Source: Heptranchias perlo
Lineage: Eukaryota
Assembly (NCBI RefSeq): GCF_035084215.1
Contig: NC_090348.1
Coordinates: 43,958,001 to 44,022,000, forward strand
Length of the DNA stretch: 64,000 bases
Direction of reading: 5' to 3'
A model generated the notes under the pieces. The model had not been told where the DNA came from and made no database searches. It saw nothing but the letters and a program-made list of their open reading frames with translations. The translations under genes and the position numbers were made by a program. Shown in pieces: positions 48,601-61,433 of this stretch. How positions within the stretch are numbered: position 1 is the stretch's first letter; the number at the start of each line of letters is the position of its first letter.

Positions 48601-51600
48601 GGATGATACCTGGGATGAAGAGATTTAGTTATGAGAAACTCGGTGAATTTGAGTTGTATTCCCTAAAGATGAAAATGTTATAGGATGATCAGATTCCAAT
48701 GTTTAAAATAATGAAGAGAATTGACAGGATGAACAGGGAACACGTCTTCCCTGTAGTATGGGAATCCACAACAAGGAGACATAAAAGTTAAGCTGATTAA
48801 AAGTAATTGCAGAGAAAATTTTCTTCACATAAAGAGTTGTAAGAATGTGTAACACGTTGTCCCAGAAGGCCTTTTATGCAGAATCAATTGAGTTATTTAA
48901 AAGGCAGATGGATCCTTCCTTGAAAAATAGAGGTATTAAAGAATATGGAGTGGTGGCAGGAAGTCATATTAAAGACATAGAGCTGCCAACTAAATGAGGA
49001 TCAGGCTTGGGCCATTTGGCCTACTTCTGTTTTTATGTAACAGGCTGGAAGTGTGGTAGTAATACTGCCCTAAGGTGCATTAAATACAGCCGATTCATAA
49101 CAGAGAAATGCAGTTGTGCTCAAAATTTTTATCAGTCTTGGCCCAATGCTAGCACTCTCTCCTCGGTCAGAAGGTTGTGTGTCAAGCCCCATTCCAGAGA
49201 TTGGAGCACATAATCTAGCCTGAGACCTCAATGCAGTACTAAGGGAGTGTTGCACTGATGGAGGTGCCATCTTTTGGTTGAGATGTCAAACCGAGGCCAC
49301 GTCTGCCTGCTCAGGTGGATGCAAGAGATCCCATGGGACTGTTTGAAGAAGAGCAGAGAAATTCTCCTGGTGTTCTGGCCAATATTTATCCTTCAACACT
49401 TATTGTTGTTTGTGGAAGCTTGCTGTGTGCAAATCGGCTGCCAGGTTTGCCTATAACCAGTAACTACACTTCAAAAGTACTTCATTGGCTGTGAAGCACT
49501 TTGAGACATGAAAGACACTATATAAAAGCAAGTTTCTTTTTCTTCTATATGTGATGTATTAGTGGGTTTAAATATCAGTTCATCTTACTTTACTTGCCAC
49601 AGTGCATGCTAGAATAGCCATTTATGAAATGAAATTATCAGTTGCAAGTGAATAAAACTCTTCAATAAAATGTCAAGTGAAATTATTCACCTCCTGATTG
49701 CTGCTTTGAAGTGCTCTAGAGATAACAAAGTAGGGTCAAGACAGAGTAGATAGAAAGAAACTCTTCCCACTGGCAGAAGGGTCAAGAACCAGAGGACATA
49801 GATTTAAGGTGATTGGCAAAAGAACCAAAGGTGACATGAGGAAAAACTTTTTTACACAGTGAGTGGTTAGGATCTGGAATGCACTGCCAGTGGGGGTGGT
49901 GGAGGCAGATTCAATGATAGCCTTCAAAGGGAAACCAGATAAGTACTTGAAAGGAAAAAATTTGAAGGGCTATGGGGAAAGGGTGGGGGAGTGGGACTTG
50001 CTGGATTGCTCTTGCATAAAGCCGGCACGGACTCGATGGGCCTAATGGCCTCCTTCCGTGCTGTAAACTTTCTATGATTCTAGACTGGTGAAGTAGTTCA
50101 GTCTTTACACTAAACTCACATTTTAAGCAGGAATATGTCTTATTAAATTCCAATGAGCAATGACAAGAGTAAAAGATATTTCTCTGTGCTATTCTATTTA
50201 ATTGTTTTTTAATGAACTCTCGCTGATTGAAGAAATGAAAGTCTCTTCTCTCTGCTATCTATAAGGGCCCAATATGAAATGAGTTTAGGCAGGCTCAACC
50301 CAGTAACTATTTGTTTGGACGAAGTAAAGGAAGTTTCAGTTGATGATTACAGAGTGGCCAATTTGGGAAAATGTTCCCATTTCCCATTTTGGTAATGTTC
50401 AATGAAACTCATTAATAAATAGCACTTTCAAGTGAAATCCTTTAATGGCTCCTCTTTCCCTAGTGAGTATCCTTAGAAATAAAACCATCTTTTAAATAGA
50501 GTATAAATTATATAGCCTTGAACGGATATTTAGAATATGTAAAATAGTGGGAAATAACTAATGGTCGGTATGGATTTAGGAGGGAACGCACTGCTTAACA
50601 AATCTCCTCAATCTCTTTTGATATTAGAAGTTCCTACAATATCGATTTTTTTTTTGAACTTTCAGAAGGTTTTTGACAAGATGTCACGTGAAACTAATAA
50701 TGAATCTAGGATAGAATGTTGGATTGGACAGGGAGGACTTGTGAGCGGTGTAGCATTTGACTGGTGGGAGGTGCTGAATGAAGTATCACAGGGGTCAATA
50801 TCATAGAATCTTACAGCACAGAAGGAGGCCATTTGGCCTGTCATGCCTGTGCCGGCTCTTTGAAAGAGCTGTCCAATTTAGTCCCACACCCCAGCTTTTT
50901 CCCCATAACCCTGCAAATTAGTCATAGAGTCATAGAGTTATACAGCACGGATAGAGGCCCTTCGGCCCATCGTGTCCGCGCCAGTCATCAAGCCCTGTCT
51001 AATCTAATCCCATATTCCAGCATTTGGTCCGTAGCCTTGTATGCTATGGCATTTCAAGTGCTCATCCAAATGCTTCTTGAATGTTGTGAGGGTTCCTGCC
51101 TCCACAACCCTTTCAGGCAGTGAGTTCCAGACTCCAACCACCCTCTGGGTGAAAAAGTTCTTTCTCAAATCCCCTCTAAACCTCCCACCTTTTACCTTGA
51201 ATCTATGCCCCCTTGTTATAGAACCCTCAACGAAGGGAAAAAGCTCCTTAGTATCCATCCTATCTGTGCCCCTCATAATTTTGTACACCTCAATCATGTC
51301 CCCCCTCAGCCTCCTCTGCTCCAAGGAAAACAAACCCAATCTTCCCAGTCTCTCTTCATAGCTGAAGCGCTCCAGCCCTGGTAACATCCTGGTGAATCTC
51401 CTCTGCACCCTCTCCAAAGCGATCACATCCTTCCTGTAGTGTGGCAACCAGAACTGCACACAGTACTCCAGCTGTGGCCTAACCAGTGTTTTATACAGCT
51501 CCATCATAACCTCCTTGCTCTTATATCCTATGCCTCGGCTAATAAAGGCAAGTATCCCATATGCCTTCTTTACCACCTTATCTACCTGTTCCGCCGCCTT

Positions 51601-54600
51601 CAGGGATCTGTGAACTTGCACACCAAGATCCCTCTGACCCTCTGTCTTGCCTAGGGTCCTCCCATTCATTGTGTATTCCCTTGCCTTGTTAGTCCCTCCA
51701 AAGTGCATCACCTCGCACTTTTCCGGGTTAAATTCCATTTGCCACTGTTCCGCCCATCTGACCAACCCATCTATATCGTCCTGCAGACTGAGGCTATCCT
51801 CCTCGCTATTTACCACCCTACCAATTTTTGTATCATCAGCGAACTTACTGATCATACCTTTTACATTCATATCCAAGTCGTTAATGTAGACCACAAACAG
51901 CAAGGGACCCAGCACCGATCCCTGTGGTACCCCACTGGCCACAGGCTTCCAGTCACAAAAACAACCTTCGACCATCACCCTCTGCCTTCTGCCACTAAGC
52001 CAGTTTTGTATCCAAAGTGCCAAGGCACCCTGGATTCCATGGGCTCGTACCTTCTTGACCAGTCTCCTGTGCGGGACTTTATCGAAGGTCTTACTGAAAT
52101 CCATGTATACCACATCCACTGCGTTACCCTCATCCACACGCCTAGTCACCCCCTCAAAAAATTCAATCAAATTAGTCAGACATGATCTTCCCTTGACAAA
52201 GCCATGTTGACTATCCCTGATTAATCCTTGCTTCTCCAAGTGGAGACTAATTTTGTCCTTCAAAATTTTTTCCAATAATTTTCCTACCACTGATGTTAGG
52301 CTCACTGGCCTGTAGTTCCCCGGTTTTTCCCTACTCCCCTTCTTGAATAATGGTACTACATTAGCGGTTCTCCAGTCCTCTGGCACATCCCCTGTGGCCA
52401 GAGAGGTTCTGAATATATGTGTTAGAGCCCCCGCAATCTCCTCCTTTGCCTCACACAGTAGCCTGGGATACATTTCGTCCGGGCCTGGGGATTTATCCAT
52501 TTTTAGGCCTGCTAAAACCGCCAATACCTCCTCCCGCTCGATGTTAATATGTTCGAGTATATCACAGTCCCCCTGCCGTATTTCTATGTCTGCATCGTCC
52601 TTCTCCATAGTGAAAACAGATGCAAAAAATTCATTTAGAACCCCTCCTACATCTGCCGGCTCCACACACACATTGCCATTTTTGTCCCTAATGGGCCCTA
52701 TTTTTTCCCTAGTTATCCTCTTACCCTTAATATACTTATAAAACATCTTAGGATTTTCCTTTATTTTGCTCGCCAGTGTTATTTCATGGCCCCTCCTTGA
52801 TCTCCTAATTTCTTTTTTAAGTATCCGCCTGCACTTAAGTCCTCTTCAAGTACAAGTCCAATTGCTTTTTGAAAGTTCTTATGGAATCTGCTTCCACCAC
52901 CCTTTCAGGGAGTGCGTTCCAGATCTTAACCGTCTGTGTGAAAACATTTCTCCTCATTTCCCCTCTAGTTCTTTTGCCAATTATTTTAAATCTATGACCT
53001 CTGTTTACTGACCCACTTGCCAGAGGAACAGTTTCTCCCTATTTGCTCTATCAAAACCCCTCATTATTTTGAATACCTGTTAGATCTCCCCTTAACCTTC
53101 TCTCCTCTAAGGAAAACAATCCCAGCTTCTCCAATCTCTCCACAAGACTGAAGTCCCTCATCCCTGGTATCATCCTGGTAAATCTCCTCTGTACCCTCTC
53201 CAAGGCCTTGACGTCCTTCCTAAATTGTGGTGCCCAGAATTGTACGCAATACTCCAGCTGAGGCCTAACCAGTGATTTGTAAAGGTTTAGCATGACTTCC
53301 TTGTTCTTGTATGCAATGCCCCTATTTACAAAGCCAAGTATCCCATACGCTTTCTTAACCACCTTATCAACTTGCCCTGCCACCTTCAAAGATTTGTGAA
53401 TATGCACCCCAGGTCCCTCTGCTCGTTCACCCCCCTCAAAATAGTACTATTTAGATTATACTGCCTCTCCATGTTGTCCTCTCAAAGTGCACTTATTCTC
53501 ATTAAATTGCATCTGCCATGTGTCTGCCCATTTCACCAGTCTGTCTGTCCTCCTGAAGTCTGCTACTATCCTCCTCCACTATTTACTCTGATGCCAAGTT
53601 TTGTATCTTCCGCAAACTTCAAAATTGTACTCACAATACCCAAGTCCAGGTTATTTGTATATAATAAGAAAAGCAATGGTCCTAATACTGATCCCTGGGG
53701 GACCCCACTGCATACTTCTCTCCAGTCAGAAAAACATCCATTCACCACTACTCTCTGCCTCCTATCCCTTATATAAATGACCTGCATGCAGAAACCAATG
53801 GTAAGCTCATTAAATTTGCATCCAACACTAAAATAGAGAATGTGGTTTCAAAAGGGACATGCTTACTTTGGAAAGGGTGCAAGCAACAAGAATGTAAAGC
53901 GGTAGAGATATGAGGAAAGTATATAGAAAGGTCAAGCTTTACAGTCTATTGAGGTATATTAAAGTATTAAATGGCATGTAGGTAAGGTGAATCCAGAGTT
54001 TTACTTTAAGGTCAGCCAGACTAGTGGAACAAGAAATTAGTGAACGGTAAATTTAAAACACAACTAGAACGTTCTTTTATTCGAAGGATGATGAGTATTT
54101 GTAATGATCTACCAGGTGGTGTAGTGGAATTCAAGATGCTTTTGAATGCCAAGCTGGGTGAGTTGGAGTATTGGAGGGTTGAGCTCAATGGTTTGAGTAG
54201 CCTTTTGTATCCTTGTCTTTTTCTTATGTTATTAAATGACCATACAACTTTTTGTTTACAGATCCTCAGTCATTAGCAGCAATACAAATAAAATCTCTTT
54301 CAAGCAAATTTGTTGCCATCCATGACATTGATGCTGTGGGTATGAAATTGGTCTACGCCAGTAGCGTGAAATGGACTCATAGCGAATCAGCAGCCCGTTT
54401 TACACTGCACCCATTTTTTTTTCCATTGGGCACAGCGCAAAATGGGCTGCCGATTCGCTGTGAGCCCGTTTTGTGCTACTAACATAGACCAATTTCACCC
54501 CCTATTTGTTTTGCACATTTTTGCTTGTCAAGAGCATGGAGTGGATTGTTATCAGTCAGCAAAATGGAAAAGAACTTTCTCTGAAAAGAAATGAAACAGT

Positions 54601-56315
54601 TTCACCTAATTCTTTATAAAGTACTTGGGTGTTACAAAATAAATTAGATTTAACCTATAGTCTCATTGTGAAGTCTTTCCTTTTACTACCAGCTAATTCA
54701 CCAGAAAATTGTTTTCCCAAAAGTGTTATTCTGCTTTTAGAGCCATAGAACCATAGAAAAGATACAGCACAGAAGGGGGGCCATTCGGCCCATCGTGTCC
54801 GCGCCGGCTCGAAGAACAACCAGGTGCCCTTTCTAATCCCACCTTCCAGCACCCAGTCCATAGCCCTGCAGCTTACAGCACTTTAGGTGCAGGTCCAGGT
54901 ACTTTTGAAAAGAGTTGAGGGTCCCTGTCTCTACCACCAATTCGGGCAGCAAATTCCATACATCCACCACCCTCTGGGTTAAAAAGTTTTTCCTCATGTC
55001 CCCTCTAATCCTTCCGCCAATCAGCTTAAATCTATGTCCTCTAGTTCTTGAACTCTCCGCTAGGGGAAACGGGTACTTCCTGTCTACTCTATCTAGGCCC
55101 CTCATAATTTTGTACACCTCAATCAAGTCTCCCCTCAGCCTCCTCTGATCCAAGGAAAACAACCCCAGCCTATTCAATCTCTCCTCGTAGCTGCAATTTT
55201 CAAGCTCTGGCAACGTTCTTGTAAATCTTCCCTGCACTCTTTCCAGAGCAATTACGTCCTTCCTGTAATGTGCTGACCACAACTGCGCACAATACTCAAT
55301 ACACAATACTAGCCTTATCAGCGTTTTATACAGTTCCATCATTACATCCCTGCTTTTGTATTCTATACCTCGGCTAATAACGGAGAACATTCCATATGCC
55401 TTCTTCACAACCTTATCTACCTGTACTGCCACCTTCAGGGACCTATGCACATGCACTCCAAGGTCTGTCACTTCCTCTACCCCTCTCAATATATTCCCGT
55501 TTACTGCGTATTCCCTTTTACTGTTTGCCCTCCCTAAGTGCATTACCTCACACTTCTCCGGGTTGAACTCTATTTGCCACTTTTCTGCCCGCTCCACCAA
55601 CCCATTGATATCTTCTTGGAGTCTACAGCTATCCTCTTCACTATCAACTACACAGCCAATTTTGTGTCGTCTGCAAATTTGCCAATCATGCCCCCTACAT
55701 TCAAGTCCAAATCATTAATATATACCACAATCAGCAAGGGACCCAATACTGAGCTCCGTGGCACACCGCTGGAAACGGATTTCCATTTGCAAAGACATCC
55801 ATCGACTTTTACCCTTTGTTTCCTGTTACTGAGCCAATTTTGGATCCAATTCGTCACATTTCCCTGTATCCCATGGGCTTTTACCTTTCTGACCAGTCTG
55901 CCATGTGGGACCTTGTCAGATGCCTTACTAAAATCCATGTAGACAACATCCACTGCACTACCCTCATCCATCCTCCTTGTCACTTCCTCAAAGAATTCAA
56001 TCAGATTTGTAAGGCATGACCTTCCCTGAACAAATCCATGCTGACTATCCCTGATTAAACCATGCCTTTCCAAGTGACAGTTTATCCTATCTCTCAGTTT
56101 TGATTCTAATATTAATCCTAATTTTAGAGTTGAATTCTCAAGCACTGTGATCTGGTATTTATACTGCACCAGTTCTAAATAGTATTTTGATGTGGGTGTC
56201 TCTAATATGAAAATCATTCTGACTAGTGTGATTTTTTTTTAACGACTTAAATACTTTATTTTTGCAGGACACAGCCTTTCTAAGTATATGGAAAAGATTG
56301 AAGAGCTAAGAAAAA
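45316..56315 (+). CDS. CEP41: Centrosomal protein of 41 kDa, first 3 coding exons (gene continues past the window)
   Basis: Spliced: MSVKSSIGNPQ|FLKKRVVPNPKYQYVRARIDT|GHSLSKYMEKIEELRK. Resembles the CEP41 N-terminus and lies next to MEST as in other vertebrates. Confidence 0.88.
45658..46040. repeat. C-rich low-complexity / 23-bp tandem repeat in CEP41 intron 1
   Basis: Unit approximately ccccactcctctacccccgtcca. Confidence 0.92.
46161..46224 (+). CDS. CEP41: CEP41 coding exon 2 (64 bp)
   Basis: ttctccctag|TTT...ACC G|gtaagt. Confidence 0.9.
46925..47830 (+). mobile_element. tRNA-headed, internally deleted family-Y element
   Basis: A box 46929-46939, B box 46992-47004, APE N-terminus from 47322, joined to the family-Y 3' end. 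Confidence 0.75.
48319..48475. mobile_element. Palindromic MITE
   Basis: About 40-bp imperfect inverted arms ggaactttcaactt.../...aagttgaaagttcc. Confidence 0.7.
48480..49040 (+). mobile_element. Degraded CR1 3' fragment
   Basis: LVRP-x-EYCVQFW-like remnant and downstream ORF2 C-terminus. Confidence 0.7.
49113..49540 (+). mobile_element. Deu-domain SINE (SacSINE1/DeuSINE-like)
   Basis: tRNA-like head, core gcactgatggaggtgccatcttttggttgagatgtcaaaccgaggcc...gatcccatgg...gaagaagagcag, L2-like tail; family name from recall. Confidence 0.7.
49735..50082 (+). mobile_element. CR1 3' fragment
   Basis: Related to 61983-62300. Confidence 0.8.
50801..53770 (-). mobile_element. Older CR1 fragment split by the 50924-52837 element
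   Basis: 3' end at 50801-50923, body at 52838-53770 (ORFs 53051-53407, 53566-53787). Confidence 0.85.
50924..52837 (-). mobile_element. 5'-truncated young CR1 with uninterrupted RT ORF (51004-52746, 580 aa)
   Basis: PGPD, NYRPVSLTS, QHGF, GVPQGSVLGP and KFADDTK motifs; 3' tail at 50924. Confidence 0.93.
54338..54502. mobile_element. Palindromic MITE
   Basis: About 70-bp imperfect inverted arms tgaaattggtcta.../...tagaccaatttca. Confidence 0.75.
54744..56108 (-). mobile_element. 5'-truncated CR1 LINE
   Basis: RT ORF fragments 55648-56217 and 54833-55600; CR1 3' UTR and tail. Confidence 0.9.
56268..56315 (+). CDS. CEP41: CEP41 coding exon 3 (48 bp)
   Basis: tttttgcag|GA CAC...AAA A|gtaagt; phase 1-1. 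Confidence 0.87.
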
Positions 56316-57257
56316 GTAAGTGATGATTTTTTCTCCCCCAGAAATGATGGTGAATGGTCTAAACTGTTATGTGAAATTAACAAACTTGGCATTCCTGATT
56401 AGTGGCTGCACTGGCCCTTGGCTGCAAATGAAATGCTTGTTAAAGTTGGGGTTGACATAATCCTTAGGGTGTGAAGGGGTGGGACAGCACAGGAGAGACA
56501 AGTGAGCATCTGAAATGCACCCAAAGCCAGTTGAGAAATAAAGAACTTGTGTTCATCATATCCTCAAGATGTCCCAATAGATTACAACCAGTAGATTATT
56601 TTGAACTGCAGTCACTATTGTTGTGCAGGCAAAGTTAAAGATAGAAAAGCAAACCATCAGAGCCATTACTAGACAGGGTACCTTTGCCCTGTACCTCTTT
56701 CCCTCCCACTCCCATCCACACAATTACACCACGGGGAGCAAGACTAAATGAATTGCTCTCAGTTTATGCACTACTGTGCAGAGAAACCTAACGAATTATG
56801 GTACCTTGCCCACCATGTAATCAAAATGTACAGCGGCTTCATAAAATACAGATATGAATGTAAACACGTGATAATGCAATAAAAGAAACCATTTTCTGTC
56901 CTCCAAACACCTGGTGTGGCAGGTGAGCTGCTCTACAGAGCCTGCTAGTGTCCTCCTGTACCTGGTTGCTCAGGGACATACAAGAGAATGCCTGGAGTGA
57001 CTAATCCAGTTTTCTCCATGATTTAGGTGGACTGTATATTTTACCTAGAACTGCTGCTTGACTTAGTTTGCAATTGAAAATCCTCTTGCAAATCTCTTCA
57101 ACTAAAAGGTCGGTATCGTAGAATCATAAAAAAGTTACAGCACGGAAGAACATAAGAACATAAGAAATAGGAGCAGGAGTAGGCCAATCGGCCCCTCGAG
57201 CCTGCTCCGCCATTCAATAAGATCATGGCTGATCTGATCCTAACCTCAAATCTAAAT

Positions 57258-60213
57258 TCATGTCCAATTTCCTGCCCGCTCCCCGTAACACCCAATTCCC
57301 TTTACTTCTAGGAAACTGGCGATTTCCGTTTTAAATTTATTTAATGGTGTAGCTTCCACAGCTTCCTGGGGCAGCAAATTCCACAGACCTACTACCCTCT
57401 GAGTGAAGAAGTTTCTCCTCATCTCAGTTTTGAAAGAGCAGCCCCTTATTCTAAGATTATGCCCCCTAGTTCTAGTTTCACCCATCCTTGGGAACATCCT
57501 TACCGCATCCACCCGATCAAGCCCCTTCACAATCTTATATGTTTCAATAAGATCGCCTCTCATTCTTCTGAACTCCAATGAGTAGAGACCCAATCTACTC
57601 AACCTCTCCTCATATGTCCGACCCCTCATCCCCGGGATTAACCGAGTGAACCTTCTTTGTACTGCCTCGAGAGCAAGTATGTCTTTTCTTAAGTACGGAG
57701 ACCAAAACTGTATGCAGTATTCCAGTTGCGGTCTCACCAATACCTTATATAACTGCAGCAATACCTCCCTGTTTTTATATTCTATCCCCCGAGCAATAAA
57801 AGCCAACATTCCGTTGGCCTACTTGATCACCTGCTGCACCTGCATACTAACTTTTTGATCTTCTTGCACTAGGACCCCCAGATCCCTTTGTACTGCAGTA
57901 CTTTCCAGTTTCTCGCCTTTAAGATAATAACTTGCTCTCTGATTTTTCCTGCCAAAGTACATAACCTCACATTTTCCAATATTGTATTGCATCTGCCAGA
58001 TCTCCGCCCACTCACCCAGCCTGTCTATATCCCCCTGTAGGTTTTTTATGTCCTCCTCACTCTCCACTTTCCCTCCCATCTTTGTATCATCTGCAAACTT
58101 TGATATGTTACACTCGGTCCCCTCCTCCAAATCGTTAATATGGATTGTAAAGAGTTGGGGACCCAGCACCGACCCCTGCGGAACACCACTGGCTACTGGT
58201 TGCCAGTCCGAGAATGAACCATTTATCCCAACTCTCTGCTTCCTGTTAGATAACCAATCCTCCACCCATGCCAGAATATTACCCCCAATCCAGTGATTCT
58301 TTATCTTGAGCAATAATCTTTTATGTGGCACCTTGTCGAATGCCTTCTGGAAGTCTAAATACACTACGTCCACTGGTTCCCCTTTATCCACCCTGCACGT
58401 TATGTCCTCAAAGAACTCAAGCAAATTTGTCAGACATGACTTCCCCTTCGTAAAGCCATGCTGACTTTGTCCTATTAAATTATGTTTATCCAAATGTTCC
58501 GCTACTGCCTCCTTGATAACAGATTCCAAAATTTTACCCACCACAGATGTTAGGCTAACTGGTCTATAATTTCCAGCCTTCTGCCTACTACCCTTTTTAA
58601 ATAAGGGTGTTACATTTGCAGTTTTCCAATCTGCCGGGACCTTTGCAGAGTCCAGAGAATTTTGGAAAATTATTACCAAAGCATCCACAATCCCTCCTGC
58701 CACTCCCCTCAAGACCCGAGGATGTAAGCCATCAGGTCCAGGGGATTTATCTGCCTTGAGTCCCATTATTTTACTGAGTACCAATTCCTTAGTGATTTTA
58801 ATCATATTTAGCTCCTCCCCCCCTCGAGCCCCCTGTTTGTCCAGTGTTGGGATATTCTTAGTGTCCTCTACCGTAAAGACTGAAACAAAATATTTGTTTA
58901 GCATTTTTGCCATTTCTATGTTTCCCACCATTAATTTCCTGGTCTCATCCTCTAAGGGACCTACATTTGCCTTAGCCACCCTTTTTCTTTTTATATAACT
59001 ATAGAAACTCTTGCTATCTGTTTTTATATTTTTTGCTAATTTATTTTCATAATCTATCTTCCCTTTCTTAATCAATCCTTTAGTTACTTTTTGCTGTCTT
59101 TTGAAGACTTCCCAATCTTCTATCCTCCCACTAAGTTTGGCTACCTTATATGTCCTTGTTTTTAGTCGGATACTGTCCTTAATTTCTTTACTTAGCCACG
59201 GATGGCTGTCATTTCTTTTACACCCTTTTTTCCTCAGTGGAATATATTTGTTTTGAAAGTTGTAAAATAACTCCTTGAATGAACACCACTGCTCATGTAC
59301 CGTCTTATTCTTTAATCTATTTTCCCAGTCCACTTTAATCAATTCCGTTCTCATACCATCATAGTCTCCTTTATTCAAGCTCAGTACACTTGTTTGAGAA
59401 CCAACCTTCTCACCCTCTAATTGGATATGGAATGTAACCATGTTATGGTCACTCATTCCAAGGGGATCCTTAACTAGGACATTATTAATTAATCCTGGCT
59501 CATTACACAGGACCAGGTCCAAGGTTGCTTGCCCCCTTGTAGGATCAGTTACATACTGCTCAAGAAATCCATCCCTAACACACTCAATAAACTCTTCCTC
59601 AAGGCTGCCCTGCCCAATTTGATTTGTCCAGTTAATATGATGGTTAAAATCCCCCATAATTATAGCTGTTCCCTTATTACATGCCCTGACTATTTCCTGA
59701 TTAATACTTCTTCCAGCAGAGTTGCAACTATTAGGAGGCCTATATACTACGCCCACGAGTGTTTTTTTCCCCTTATTATTCCTTATCTCTACCCAAACTG
59801 TTTCATTATCCTGATCCTTTGTCCCAATATCATTTCTCTGTATTACAGTGATTCCTTCCTTTACTAACATAGCCACCCCACCTCCCCTTCCTTCCTGCCT
59901 GTCCTTCCTGATTGTTAAATAACCTTGATGTGGAGATGCCGGTGATGGACTGGGGTTGACAATTGTAAACAATTTAACAATAACCTGGCATATTTAATTC
60001 CCAGTCGTTGTCACCCTGCAGCCATGTTTCTGTAATGGCCACAAGATCATACCCATACGTAGTTATTTGTGCCGTTAATTCGTCCATTTTGTTACGAATG
60101 CTACGTGCATTCAGATAAAGAACATTCAAATATGTTTTGTGACACTTAGTTCCTGCTTTTTCCTTTTTTAACACTTTACCTTTTACTCCATACCTTCTGT
60201 CCCTTCCTGACAC
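57258..60213 (-). pseudogene. CR1 ORF2 (endonuclease-reverse transcriptase), disrupted
   Basis: 61-bp insertion at 59926 and an in-frame TAG at 57819-57821; otherwise open. Confidence 0.88.
59926..59978. mobile_element. 53-bp fragment of the same Penelope-like element inserted in CR1 ORF2
   Basis: First ~50 nt identical to 8602-8651; 8-bp TSD aataacct (59918-59925, 59979-59986). Confidence 0.85.
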
Positions 60214-60482
60214 GCTTTCCTCTGTCTCCCTGCTCAGGTTCCCAACCCCCTGCCACAGCTTTGATGCTGAGTTAATCGCCTTACGCCTTCTAGTCTTTAT
60301 TTTTTCTGTCGTGCCTAAAGTACACTTTCTTTCCGCTGCTCTACGCTTTTCCCTTTCACTTGTTCTTGAACAACTGTTTGTACTATTTGTATTGTAGATT
60401 TCCCCTGGGTCTTCCCCTCTCTTGCTGCTCTCAACTTTATTCCCTTCTGACTCCCCGCTCAGGTTCCCATCCCCCTGCCACT

Positions 60483-61433
60483 CTAGTTTAAACCTTCCCC
60501 AACAGCACTAGCAAACACCCCCGCGAGGACATTGGTCCCGGTCCTGCTCGGGTGTAACCCGTCACGCTTGTACAGGTCCCACCTTCCCCAGAACCGGTCC
60601 CAATGTCCCAGGAATCTAAATCCCTCCCTCCTACACCATCCCTGCAGCCACGCATTCATCCTGTCTATTCTCCTGTTCCTATACTCACTAGCACGTGGCA
60701 CTGGTAGTAATCCTAAGATCACTACCTTTGAAGTCCTGCTTTTTAATTTATCTCCTAACTCCTTAAATTCACCTTGCAGGACCTCATCCCTTTTTTTACC
60801 TATGTCGTTGGTACCGATATGGACCATGACTACTGGCTGTTCACCCTCCCCCTCCAGAATGCCCTGCAGCCGCTCCGTGACATCCTTGACCCTAGCACCA
60901 GGGAGGCAACATACCATCCTGGAGTCACGTTTACGGCCGCAGAAACACCTATCTGTTCCCCTTACAATGGAATCCCCTATCACTATAGCCCTGCCACTCT
61001 TCTTCCTCCCCTCCTGTGCAGCAGAGCCACCCATGGTGCCCCGACCCTGGCTCTTGCTGCATTCCCCTGATAAGCCATCTCCCCCAACAATATCTAAAGC
61101 AGAATATCTGTTTGAGAGGGAGATGGCCCCAGGGGACTCCTGCTCTACCTGCCTAGTCCTTTTACTCTGCCTGGCGGTCACCCATTTCCTTTCTGCCTGC
61201 GTACTCTTTACCTGCGGCGTGACCACCTCACTGAACGTGCTATCCACGATAGTCTCAGCATCGCGGATGCTCCACAGTGGGTCCACCCGCAGCTCCAGCT
61301 CCGAAAGACAGTTAGCCAGTAGCTGCAGCTGGACACACTTCCTGCACACATGGTCGCCAGGGACACTGGTAGTGTCCATGACTTCCCACATAGTGCAGGA
61401 GGAGCATATCACGGGTGCGAGGTCTGCTGCCAT
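60483..61433 (-). CDS. CR1 ORF1p: N-terminal Cys motif plus SGNH/GDSL esterase-like domain
   Basis: 316 aa open; CSSC...CRKC, IGDSIVRG, HIGTND, DGLH motifs. Confidence 0.88.
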   Translation of the reverse strand: MAADLAPVICSSCTMWEVMDTTSVPGDHVCRKCVQLQLLANCLSELELRVDPLWSIRDAETIVDSTFSEVVTPQVKSTQAERKWVTARQSKRTRQVEQESPGAISLSNRYSALDIVGGDGLSGECSKSQGRGTMGGSAAQEGRKKSGRAIVIGDSIVRGTDRCFCGRKRDSRMVCCLPGARVKDVTERLQGILEGEGEQPVVMVHIGTNDIGKKRDEVLQGEFKELGDKLKSRTSKVVILGLLPVPRASEYRNRRIDRMNAWLQGWCRREGFRFLGHWDRFWGRWDLYKRDGLHPSRTGTNVLAGVFASAVGEGLN

